A stretch of 64,000 nucleotides of DNA. Origin: Leucoraja ocellata. Lineage: Eukaryota. The notes beneath the pieces were generated by a model. The model did no database searches. It saw only the letters and a program-made list of their open reading frames with translations, and was not told the DNA's origin. The translations under genes and the position numbers were made by a program. The stretch is from NCBI GenBank assembly GCA_036785375.1, contig JAWMAR010000070.1, positions 4,464,001-4,528,000 of the forward strand, given 5' to 3'. Numbering within the stretch: the first letter of the stretch is position 1; each line of letters starts with the position of its first letter. Of the stretch, positions 10,901 through 20,500 are shown piece after piece.

Positions 10901-13900
10901 TATGAAAGGAAAATCATGCCTGACTAATCTTCGGGAATTTTTTGAGGATGTGGCAAATAAAATGGACGAAGGTGAGCCAGTGAATGTCGTCTAGACTTCA
11001 AGAAATCCTTTGATAAGGTTCCGCACGGGAGACTGGTGACTAAATTGAGAGCGCATGGAAGGGTGTTGACGTGGATAGGAAATTGGTTGGCAGACAGGAA
11101 GCAAAGAGTAGGAGTGAACGGGTCCTTTTCTGAATGGCGGGAAGTGGCGAGTCAGTGGAGACGACAAGTCAATCGCTGCGAAACGTACCGTCAGATACAA
11201 GGAGTTCTACGGTAAACATTGGGAGGCCGTTAGATGTTGTAATTCCACATCTGTACCAGCCTGTATCGCCAGAGAGAAGATCCTCCACAGTCACAGTAAA
11301 TATTCCTCGTTCCGGGCTATCGGTGATTGACACTCTTCCACTCCTTCCGGGTAGCCCAATTGTTTCCACCATATCTGTACATTGGCGATTCTGCACACGG
11401 CACCAGTATTTTGTGTGTAAGCGGTACTCTGCTGCATAGTGACAATCGATTGCAATCGCACTTCCCACAACTCCTCTTACATACATCTCTCCCCACACTG
11501 CACCTGAAACTGAAGGGGAGAAACTTTCAGATGGAGAGCAAATGAACAGTTTAGTGGAAATAGATACATTTTGAAGATTACATGAAAGAAAACTTAAATA
11601 GTTCCATGATGTGTCATATTGCTTCACGGCCAATGTCTCCGGTCTGAAGTGCAGACAGTGCTGTTATTGTACCAGTTGTGTCAGTGTTCTGTCCCCGGGT
11701 CAGTACAATTAGGGTTCACTTCCCACTCCAGATCCCTGAGCAGAAACTGGGCTGGGATCGCAGTGCAGTGCTGAGGGAGCGCGGCAGTGTTGCAGGAGCT
11801 GCCTTTCAACAATCCCAGGCGGTGCCTGGCCTCTCACCCCACGAAAGACCCCACTTTGCTATTTCATTGGCGGTGACAATTTCTTCACAGCAGTTATCAG
11901 GCATCTGAATCATCCTACCACGCCCAGAGATCTGTCCTGAACTCCCATCTACCTCTTTGACGACCCTCGGACCACCCTTGATCGGACTTTGCTGCCTTTA
12001 CCTTACACTAAACGTTATTTAATTTCCATGTATCTATGCACTGTATGAGAATCGATTGTAATCCTGTATTGTCTTTCTGCTGGAGACGTCAATCAATCGC
12101 TGCGAAACGTACCGTCAGATACTTCGAGATGAACATTAAATATTGGATGGTCGGCAGATGTTGTAATTCCACATCTGTACCATCCTGTATCTCCATCCTG
12201 AAGATCGTCCACAGTCACAGTAAATATTCCTCGTGCCGGGTTATCTGTGATTGACAATCTTCCACTACGTCCGTGTTGCTCATTTGTTTCCACCAAAACT
12301 GTACATTGAAGACTCATCCCACGGCACCAGTATTTTGTGCGTGAGCGGTACTCTGCTGCATAGTAACAATCGATTGTGGTCGCTGTTCCCACAACTCCTC
12401 TTACATCCCGCTTTGCCCACAGTGCACCTGAAACTGAGGGGAGAAACTTTCAGATGGAGAGCAATGAACTGTTTAATGGAAATAGATACATTTTGAAGAT
12501 TACTTCTTCATATAAACTACTTCATCGCCTCCAATGCATTCAGAACTCAGCAGCCCGGATCATCACCCGCACCAGATCATCGGACCACATCACACCCATC
12601 CTCACTCAGCTCCACTGGCTCCCTGTGCACCACCGGATTAACTACAAGAATTTACTGCTGACCTTCAAAGCCCTAGACCACCTTGCTCCCCAATACCTCT
12701 CTGACCTGCTGCTACCATACACTCCTTCCCGGTCACTTCGTTCCTCCTCAGCTGCAATTTTAACTGTCCCCACATTTAGACTCAGCACAATGGTTGCCAG
12801 AGCCTTTGGCTGCTCTGCCCCACGTCTCTGGAACACTCTCCCACCTCCCTTCCGTCACCTGGACACTATCGATCAATTCAAATCACAACTCAAAACACAC
12901 CTGTTTAGATTAGCATACCCGACATAACTTCCACCATGTTCACCCTGATTTTAATGAGTTAAAATATTTTGTGTATTTTTTTGTTTTTTGTTTTTTGGCA
13001 ACTTAATTTTAATATTGATAATTGTATTGTGATTTTATGTCCTGTAAGGTGTCCTTGGGTGTCGAGAGNNNNNNNNNNNNNNNNNNNNNNNNNNNNNNNN
13101 NNNNNNNNNNNNNNNNNNNNNNNNNNNNNNNNNNNNNNNNNNNNNNNNNNNNNNNNNNNNNNNNNNNNNNNNNNNNNNNNNNNNNNNNNNNNNNNNNNNN
13201 NNNNNNNNNNNNNNNNNNNNNNNNNNNNNNNNNNNNNNNNNNNNNNNNNNNNNNNNNNNNNNNNNNNNNNNNNNNNNNNNNNNNNNCGCCCCATGATGTG
13301 TCATATTGCTTCACGGCCAATGTCTCCGCTCTGAAGTGCAGGCAGTGCTGTTATTGTACCAGTTGTGTCAGTGTTCTGTCCCCGGTTCAGTACAATTTGG
13401 GTCCAGATCCCTGAGCAGAAACTGGGCTGGGATCGCAGTGCGGTACTGAGGGAGCGCGGCAGTGTTGCAGGAGCTGCCTTTCAACAATCCCAGGCGGTGC
13501 CCGGCCTCTCACGCCACAGAAATACCCCACTTTGCTATTTAATTGGCGGTGCCGCCGGCTACGCTGCCAACATTCATCTCTCAACCGACACTGGGCAGGA
13601 CCCGTGTTTTTTTTAATTATCAAATAATTTATTCAATTATTAAAAATAATATTTACACTACAATAAAACAAGAACCCAGCACCATAATACCAGACAAACA
13701 AATATACTAAATACACTACTATACAACTATGTTACAATACTTGTCAAGGATGTATTCAACCGCAGGCGATGCCCAGATGTCCCGGAAATCCCCCAGGTGC
13801 CCGTGGACAGCGCCTGGTCCTTCTCGAGTCCCACCCGGACGCGGAAAGCCGACCCGTGTTTAGACATTCACCGCCGCCAATGCTTTCCAACGCCCTGACT

Positions 13901-14816
13901 GAGGACAGAGGACGGACGAGTTACGGGTCCATTAACGGAGAGCGGGTCCATTAACGGAGAGCGTTAGTAGCGTGAAAACGCACACCGCCAGATTCGGGGA
14001 ATGTTTCTTCCCAGCTGTTATCAGACATCGGAATCATCCTCCCATAACCAGAGAGCAGTGCTGAACTATCTACCTCTTTGGTGACCCTCGGACTACCCTT
14101 GATCGGACTTTGCTGGCCTTACCTTACACTAAACTTTATTTCCCATTCATGTGTGTAAGATGATCGATTGTAATCATGCATCTGGCAGGTTAGCATGCAA
14201 CATAAAGCTTTTCTCTGTACCTCGGTACACGTGACAATAAACTGAACTTGGATTTCAGCAGGACTGGGCCGTGGATCCGAGAGCGGATGGAGAGAGTGTT
14301 GGGAGTGGGTGGATAGAGCGAGGACAGTGGTTCAGTCTCAGACTCCGGGGAATTGTTGGGTTTGCGACAGAGTTGAGATGGACAAATGCAGGGAATATTT
14401 GAACTGACACAATGAGACCTCAATCCTGACTTCCACCTCAGTTGTAAACACATTTTGTTAGTGTAGAATTAACTTCCTGGTGATGTTGGAACCTCTGTCC
14501 TTCGGTCCAGGTGTCTTGGAGTATCTGCTCCAAATACATTCGCTATTTAATGCCCATAAACTACCATCAGGATGCAATTAGACCTAGTGTTAGCGGTGGT
14601 TAAACTACGAACATAGTCTAGATATTCAAATGTGATATCAGATCCGTCACCACAATGCACTGAGTTCCATCTCGCCCATTACATGTCTACACACACTTAA
14701 CCATCTCTGCTGTAGAAAGGGTGCACGGGACCCCAACCTACATTGATCATTGGAATATCAAGATCTGGCTTTCACTCACCCGGCAGCGAGGCGATGAGAA
14801 GAATGGGAATCCACAT
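1820..14816 (-). CDS. Gene A (spliced, 3' end outside window): CD300/pIgR-like, MDIR-like multi-Ig receptor, activating type; L-V1-V2-V3-C2a-linker-V4-C2b-micro-stalk-TM
   Basis: Exons 14816-14780, 12433-12113, 11509-11189, 10389-10069, 8573-8253, 7428-7219, 7057-6740, 4443-4123, 2828-2780, 2044-1979, 1910-1820. All are GT-AG, phase-compatible and stop-free. The terminal exon is expected left of position 1, beyond the CR1. Confidence 0.8.
1979..2044 (-). CDS. Gene A stalk exon WSPLTLPLRPASLHQDYEANN
   Basis: 66 nt, phase 2-2, donor GTAAAT; conserved in B and C. Confidence 0.7.
2780..2828 (-). CDS. Gene A 49-nt micro-exon GLEYYCENSIPSNYSA(R)
   Basis: AACAG acceptor and AG|GTAAAA donor. It converts phase 1 to phase 2, which is exactly what is needed to reach the stalk and TM exons. 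Conserved in B and C. Confidence 0.8.
3025..3295 (+). mobile_element. tRNA-derived SINE (HE1-like); paralogues at about 22675-22945 and 39586-39855
   Basis: A box TGGCGCAGCGG and B box GGTTCGATCC, followed by the conserved body. Confidence 0.8.
4123..4443 (-). CDS. Gene A C2b exon
   Basis: 321 nt; EPVSVPVL..VSCESVRGSLPINYSWY..YYCTASN; donor GTAAGT. Confidence 0.9.
5345..6050 (-). mobile_element. L1-like LINE 3' fragment (paralogue at about 41925-42645)
   Basis: LDPNTELIIFG..LLNHGLITAKK.ILKF, homologous to the 63137 ORF; AT-rich 3'UTR. Confidence 0.75.
6740..7057 (-). CDS. Gene A V4 exon, V-set Ig
   Basis: 318 nt, phase 1-1; KYWCRGTSRQC..GDTGWYRCG. Confidence 0.9.
7219..7428 (-). CDS. Gene A putative S/T/P-rich, 3-Cys linker exon
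   Basis: 210 nt, CAG acceptor, G|GTGAGG donor, phase 1-1; open in all three paralogues. Confidence 0.55.
8253..8573 (-). CDS. Gene A C2a exon, C2/FcRL-like Ig
   Basis: 321 nt; GGSVSVSCESVRGSLPIHYTW..YYCTASN. Donor is GTGTGT (GTGAGT in B and C). Confidence 0.88.
9000..9770 (-). mobile_element. Penelope-like element 3' fragment: GIY-YIG endonuclease end plus 3' terminus (paralogue at about 27540-28310)
   Basis: QRFICISSNLLYYFRCSRC...HPIAKH..SPSHS..KLEEQYLIFRLGSLQPSGLNIDFSNFK* (stop at 9309-9307), frameshifted. Confidence 0.85.
10069..10389 (-). CDS. Gene A V3 exon, V-set Ig
   Basis: 321 nt, phase 1-1; KYWCRGRNRPC..EDTGWYSCG. Confidence 0.9.
10442..10617. mobile_element. Short Penelope-derived insertion with 47-bp perfect palindrome and 14-bp target-site duplication
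   Basis: AACACTTGTTCCTC at 10428-10441 and 10618-10631; empty site in gene B at about 28966-28979. Confidence 0.85.
10745..11152 (+). mobile_element. CR1 RT fragment (paralogue at about 29090-29505)
   Basis: SQHGFMKGKSCLTNL, DF.K.FDKVPH, KQRVGVNGSFSEW. Confidence 0.9.
11189..11509 (-). CDS. Gene A V2 exon, V-set Ig
   Basis: 321 nt, phase 1-1; KYWCRVQNRQC..DTGWYRCG. Confidence 0.9.
12113..12433 (-). CDS. Gene A V1 exon, CD300/pIgR-type V-set Ig
   Basis: 321 nt, phase 1-1; IDCYY..KYWCRGMSLQC..DGDTGWYRCG. Confidence 0.9.
12503..13068 (+). mobile_element. L2-clade LINE 3' fragment
   Basis: LQCIQNSAARIITRT..HITPIL.QLHWLPV..APRLWN.LP; runs into an assembly gap. Confidence 0.9.
13069..13286. other. 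Assembly gap
   Basis: Run of N; the paralogous position in B is the (TTA)n tract. Confidence 1.
13608..13850 (-). mobile_element. Short poly-A-tailed retroposon (Tx1/L1-like 3' end) with GACCCGTGTTT target duplication; also at about 31888-32130 and 50990-51216
   Basis: Empty site visible at about 47087 and 48471 (GGACCCGTGTTTAGAC). Confidence 0.7.
13965..14250 (+). mobile_element. Rex1-like 3'UTR fragment; related pieces at about 11878-12080, 30228-30430, 32245-32520, 49965-50215, 51310-51510, 60265-60575
   Basis: Shared GACCCTCGGAC...GATCGGACTTTGCTG...CACTAAAC block, often ending GTGACAATAAA. Confidence 0.6.
14780..14816 (-). CDS. Gene A leader exon MWIPILLIASLP
   Basis: ATG, hydrophobic 12-mer, phase-1 donor GTGAGT; same peptide in B and C. 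Confidence 0.9.
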
Positions 14817-17293
14817 TGTTTTATCCACAGTGACAAAAGCAGCACTTTTCTGTCTGTTGCTCAGCTCTGAGCTTTCAGAGACAACCGCGTCTCTCAAATA
14901 GCAATGACTTAGAAGGGAACAGGACGTCAGATCGTGAACCACAGCGAGCCAGCAGCAGCTCGACACGATGTAGTGTGAAAGGCTCAGGGTTATATTTAGC
15001 AAATGGTTGGGTCAGATGATCACAGAGTCATACGTCACGGAAACAGGCCCATCTCCCCAACTCGTTAGACCAATATGCTCATCTAAGTTAGTCAAATTTG
15101 CCCACGCTCGACCCATATCTCCCCAAACCTTCCCTATCCATGGACCTGGCCGAATGCCCGTTCCATGTTGTTATTGCAGCTGCTTCAGCCGCTTCGTCAA
15201 GTGTGATGTATACGTAAGGATGGAGCGGCGGTTATCTCTGTACTGAGAGTCTGTTAACACTGAACTGTGGTGGAAATATTGACAGACAAAAAAAATGCAG
15301 GAGCAACTCTGCGGGCCCGTCAGCGCCTCTGGAGAAAATGGATAGATGACGTTTCGGGTCGGGACCCTTCGTGTAAACAATGATACGTTGTATAAAATAT
15401 GACATTTACAAGAGTAAAAATTAGGTTCCACTGTACCGTTTTGTACTGTATTAACTTCTAATAAAATAAACAAAAAAAAAGAGAGTAAAAACGTCTAAGA
15501 TGTGTACACTTCCGGATCATTCCCTCTTGATGATTTTGTAAGTGGACCGGCAGACCAAAAACATGGAACTTTTGTTTTGGAATATTGCTGAAGTGATACA
15601 CTTAGTGAAGTTAAAGCAAGTTAGAATATACACGGTGAATTGAATTGTTAACTTGTCTTCTTCACAAGTGCTAATAAATTATCAGAGTTGTGGTCATGTA
15701 CATTCCATTGGTTGATTTTGTACATCTGCTTGCAACGATTTAATTCTGTAGGCAACTAGTTGTATTATAATATGACTTAATATCTGCTGCGGGCTATCGT
15801 TCTGGGTGTGTTACTTTCAGGGGAACAGTACAGTTTATTCGCGTTGTGTACATCAGTGGCATTGTTGTGTATCACGTGGTATGGGTGTAACACACTGATG
15901 TGTCCGCTACTGATGTTAGCTGAGCGCTGGCAACCCTCAGTAAATTATCTTTTGTTCGGAGCTATTTCCTGTTTACTTGCCCAACTAAAAATACTGCAGA
16001 GGGGAACCGACGATGCAGCAAAACAATTTAATCCTGTCTTCATTCGCCATTGACCCATGACTTCTGCAAACACTGCTCAGCAATCAGTGTTACACCGAGC
16101 TGCTCGCAAGATGCGGTTCAGAGATACGAATCTACCCACCCTTGTTTCAGCAGCGCGAGCAAAGTGTCAGCACTGCAGAACAATTCAGTGTAAAGGGAGA
16201 AATGACTGTTTGATCATATTAGATTCAAGTACAATGCAAGTCAGCACCCACCGCTAAACACAACAGTGGCATCGACCCGAAATGTCACCCGTTCTTTCCC
16301 TCGAGTGATGCCGCCCTTCCCGCGGAGTTGCTCCAGTATTTTGTGTATATCTGTGGCATCTCAGACCATTTATCTCTCATTATCTGAGAGGCACTTTGGG
16401 ATGTCCTGCAGTGGGGAAATGATCCAACTCAAGATCATTCCTCCCATTAGACCATTAACAAGCTCAATTTGAACGGGCCAGGCAGCATCAATGTGACCAC
16501 AGAATCTGCAAGTATCCCTGGTTATTCAGCACCCCTCCCTGACCTGGGGGTTTGTGAGTTCAAAGCAGTCTCTGGTCTCATTTCCGTGTCTCTCCGCTTA
16601 CTGTGTGGAGAATATTTATCTTTGTCAGTGGGACATTTCAGCAATCTTTGAATCTTTCCGGAGTTTATGGCGGTTACTCTGTTATTGCAGGTCACCATTT
16701 TTTATTCGCAAATAACATCCTTCAAAGTTCTTTCATGGGCGGGGCTACAGTCACGAGTCAGACTGAGGAAAGCAACACAATGTATTTGCAGTTTCACACC
16801 CCGCGCTTTGCAAGCTGCAACTCAACCATTTTGTTCTGCACAAGAATAGACGTTCCACTAGTTTAGTTTGGTTTAGTTTAGCTTAGTTTGGAGATACAGC
16901 GAAGAAAACGGCCCTTCGGCCCACCGAGTCCACACTGACCAGCAATCCCCGCACATTACACGCACACTGGGGACGATTTACATTTATAACATGCCAATTG
17001 GGTGGGGGGGGGGTTGTTGGATTGAGAGGGAATGCAAGGGTTACTTGAAGTTAGAGAAGTCCCCGTTCACACCGCTGGGGTATAACCAGCCCAAGCGAAA
17101 TATGATGTGCAGTTTCTCAAATTTGTGCGGCAACTTACTCTGACAATGGAGGATGCCCAGGACAGTAATGTCAGTGTGGGAATGGGAGGGGGGAGTTACC
17201 GTGGCTAGCGACCGGGTTATCAGGTAGGGGCGGACTCAATGGAGGTGTTCAGCGAAACGATCGCAGTCTAATCAAAACAAATTAGACAAACCG

Positions 17294-17316
17294 TTTATTG
17301 ACAACAACCATTTATT
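17294..17316 (-). terminator. Tandem polyadenylation signals of gene B
   Basis: AATAAA at 17316-17311 and 17299-17294, about 200 nt after the stop. Confidence 0.7.
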
Positions 17317-17513
17317 AAGAAGCATTCTGTTGCATTATTATTCATTAATCTGTGAAACAAAATCCAGGAAATTGTATGCATATAATATAGTTTAACATGG
17401 TATAAAACTCTAAAGCAGCAGAAACCACGCAAAGGTTAAAACAATAGTTCGAAGCTGACGAAAGAAACCTTGGAAGAGGTGGCAAAAATTAAGAAGGTGC
17501 AAGCTAGCAGTCT

Positions 17514-17561
17514 TCATTGTAATTCGTGGGTCGAGTGGCGAGGTTCTGTGTCATCGCGTCT
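17514..17561 (-). CDS. Gene B terminal exon RRDDTEPRHSTHELQ*
   Basis: TTTTGCAG acceptor, phase 0 matching the TM donor; same sequence in C; followed by a 3'UTR with two AATAAA. Confidence 0.75.
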   Translation of the reverse strand, partial: RRDDTEPRHSTHELQ

Positions 17562-20500
17562 CTGCAAAAGACAAATGTGAAGTCAAATGTGAAGACTCTC
17601 TGACAGTGGGAACCACGCTTTATTTGACCCGACCACTCCCAACACATTGCTGTCTGCAAGATGCTAATCCACGAATTAGCTAATCAACTGCCAACGAACC
17701 CACACCGGGCACAGAAATCCACCCTGCACGAGTACAACCTGACAGAACCCCGTGATATCATCTACATACAGATTTGGTTTAACTTCAGGATATGAAAACG
17801 TGCACGATTTCTGTTTCTATCGATGGACAAGATATATGAAAGCATTAATGGAAACCGTTTGGAAACATTCGGCGAAGAGAAGGGATTGCTTTGTGCGAAT
17901 CCCTTCTGGTAAATCTATGGATTTCATTGCCACAGGAGGCTGTGGAGGCAAAGTTAATTCACACCGGAGATGCTGCCTGTCCCGCTGAGCTACCCCAGCA
18001 TTTTTGTATCTGTCCAAATTAATTGATATTTTTAAGGCGGAGATTTTCATTTTCTTGATAAATAAGGATGTCAATGGTTATGGGGAGAAGGCAGGTGAAT
18101 GGGATCGAGTGAAGGATAGGTCAGCCGTGATTGGGGGCCGATTAGATATGATGAGCTGAATGGAGGGAGAGGATTTCTTGGAATGTATGCGGGATAGTTT
18201 TATAAACCAATATGTAGAGGAACCAACGGGAGAGCAGGCTATTCTAGACTGGGTATTGAGTAATGAGGAAGGGTTAGTTAGAAGTCTTGTTGTGCGTGGC
18301 CCCTTGGGCAAGAGTGACCATAATATGGTTGGGTTCTTCATTAGGATGGAAAGTGGCATTGTTAATCCAGAAACAAGGGTCCTGAACTTAAAGAAAGGTA
18401 ACTTTGAGGGTACGAGACGTGAATTGGCCAAGATAGACTGGCAATTGATTCTTAATGGGTTGACGGTGGATATGCAATGGAAGGCATTTAAAGACTGCAT
18501 GGATGAACTACAACAATTGTTCATCTCAGTTTGGCAAAAAAATAAATCAGGGAAGGTAGTACATCCGTGGATAACAAGGGAAATCAGGGATCGTATCAAA
18601 ACAAAAGATGAAGCGTACAAATTAGCCAGAAAATGCAGCCTACCAGAGGACTGGGAGAAATTCAGAGACCAGCAGAGGAGGACAAACGGCTTAATTAGGA
18701 AAGGGAAAAATAGATTATGAAAGAAAACTGGCAGGGAACATAAAAACTGACTGCAAAAGCTTTTATAGATATGTGAAGAGAAAAAGATTCGTTAAATCAA
18801 AAGTAGGTCCCTTGCAGTCAGAAACAGGTGAATTGATCACGGGGAAGAAGGACATGGCAGACCAATTGAATAACTACTTTGGTTCTGTCTTCACTAAGGA
18901 AGACATAAATAATTTGCCGGAAATAGCCGGGGCCGGGGGTCAAATGAGATGGAGGAACTGAGTGAAATCCAGGATAGCCGGGAAGTGGTGTTAGGTAAAT
19001 TGAATGGATTAAAGCCCGATAAATCCCCAGGGCCAGATAGGCTGCACCTCAGAGTACTTAAGGAAGTAGCCCCAGAAATAGTGGATGCATTAGTGATAAT
19101 TTTTCAAACCCTTTAGATTCTGGAGTAGTTCCTGAGGATTGGAGGGTAGCTAATGTAACCCAACTTTTTAAAAAGGGAGGGAGAGAGAAAACGGGGTATT
19201 ACAGACCAGTTAGTCTATGATTAGATGTGTTAGTTGATGTGGATAGAGAACTGGCTGGCAGACAGGAAGAGTAGGAGTAAACGGGTCCTTTTCACAATGG
19301 CAGGCAGTGACTAGTGGGGTACCGCAAGGCTCAGTGATGGGACCCCAGCTATTTACGATATATATTAATGATTTGGACGAGCGGATTGAATGCAACATCT
19401 CCAAGTTTGCGGATGACACGAAGCTGGGGAGCAGTGTTAGCTGTGAGGAGGATGCTAGGAGGCTGCAAGGTGACTTGGATAGGCTGGGTGAGTGGGCAAA
19501 TGCATGGCAGATGCAGTATAATGTGGATAAATGTGAGGTTATCCACTTTGGTGGCAAAAACAGGAAAGTAGACTTATATCTGAATGGTGGCCGATTAGGA
19601 AAGGAAGAGATGGAACGAGACCTGGGTGTCATGGTACACCAGTCATTAAAAGTAAGCAGGCAGGCGCAGCAGGCAGTGAAGAAGGCGAATGGTATGTTAG
19701 CATTCATAGCAAAATGATTTGAGTATAGGAGCAGGGAGGTTCTACTGCAGTTGTACAGGGTCTTGGTGAGACCACACCTGGAGTATTGCGTACAGTTTTG
19801 GTTTCCTAATCTGAGGAAAGACATTCTTGCCATAGAGGGAGTACAGAGAAGGTTCACCAGACTGATTCCTGGGATGTCAGGGCTTTCATATGAAGAAAGA
19901 CTGGATAGACTCGGTTTGTACTCGCTAGAATTTAGAAGTTTGAGGGGGGATCTTATAGAAACTTACAAAATTCTTAAGGGGTTGGATAGGCTAGATGCAG
20001 GAAGATTGTTCCCGATGTTGGGGAAGTCCAGAACAAGGGGTCACAGATTAAAGGTAAGGGGGAAATCTTGTATGACTGAGATGAGGAAAACCTTTTTCAC
20101 ACAGAGAGTGGTGAATCTCTGGAATTCTCTGCCGCAGAAGGTAGTTGAGGCCAGTTCATTGGCTATATTTAAGAGGGAGTTAGATGTGGCCCTTGTGGCT
20201 AAAGGGATCAGGGGGTATGGAGAGAAGGCAGGTACAGGATACTGAGTTGGATGATCAGCCATGATCATATTGAATGGCGGTGCAGACTCGAAGGTCCGAA
20301 TGGCCTACTTTCTATGTTTCTATGGCGTAATTCTGCTCCTATAATTTATGAACATGATGACAGTAAACCCTACCTTTGAGCCTCTTGCGAACACCGCGGT
20401 TGAGATACTCCAGATCACAAGCAGGAGAAAGAACATCCAGCGCCCCACTTCCCATGAGATGTAACTGGGCAAAGGTCAAGAAATACAGAGTCAATGCGAG

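Noticed and set aside
6740-12433. Rearranging Ig/TCR V segments
   Set aside because: V exons end in splice donors (VSD/EG|GT), include their own G strand, and show no heptamer-spacer-nonamer RSS at their 3' ends. The Cys pattern is CD300/pIgR-like.
12959-13414. ORFs full of X (also 58884-59294)
   Set aside because: Artefacts of N gaps.
14772-15002. 76-aa ORF starting upstream of the leader
   Set aside because: Non-ATG start running through the promoter and 5'UTR; only MWIPILLIASLP is supported.
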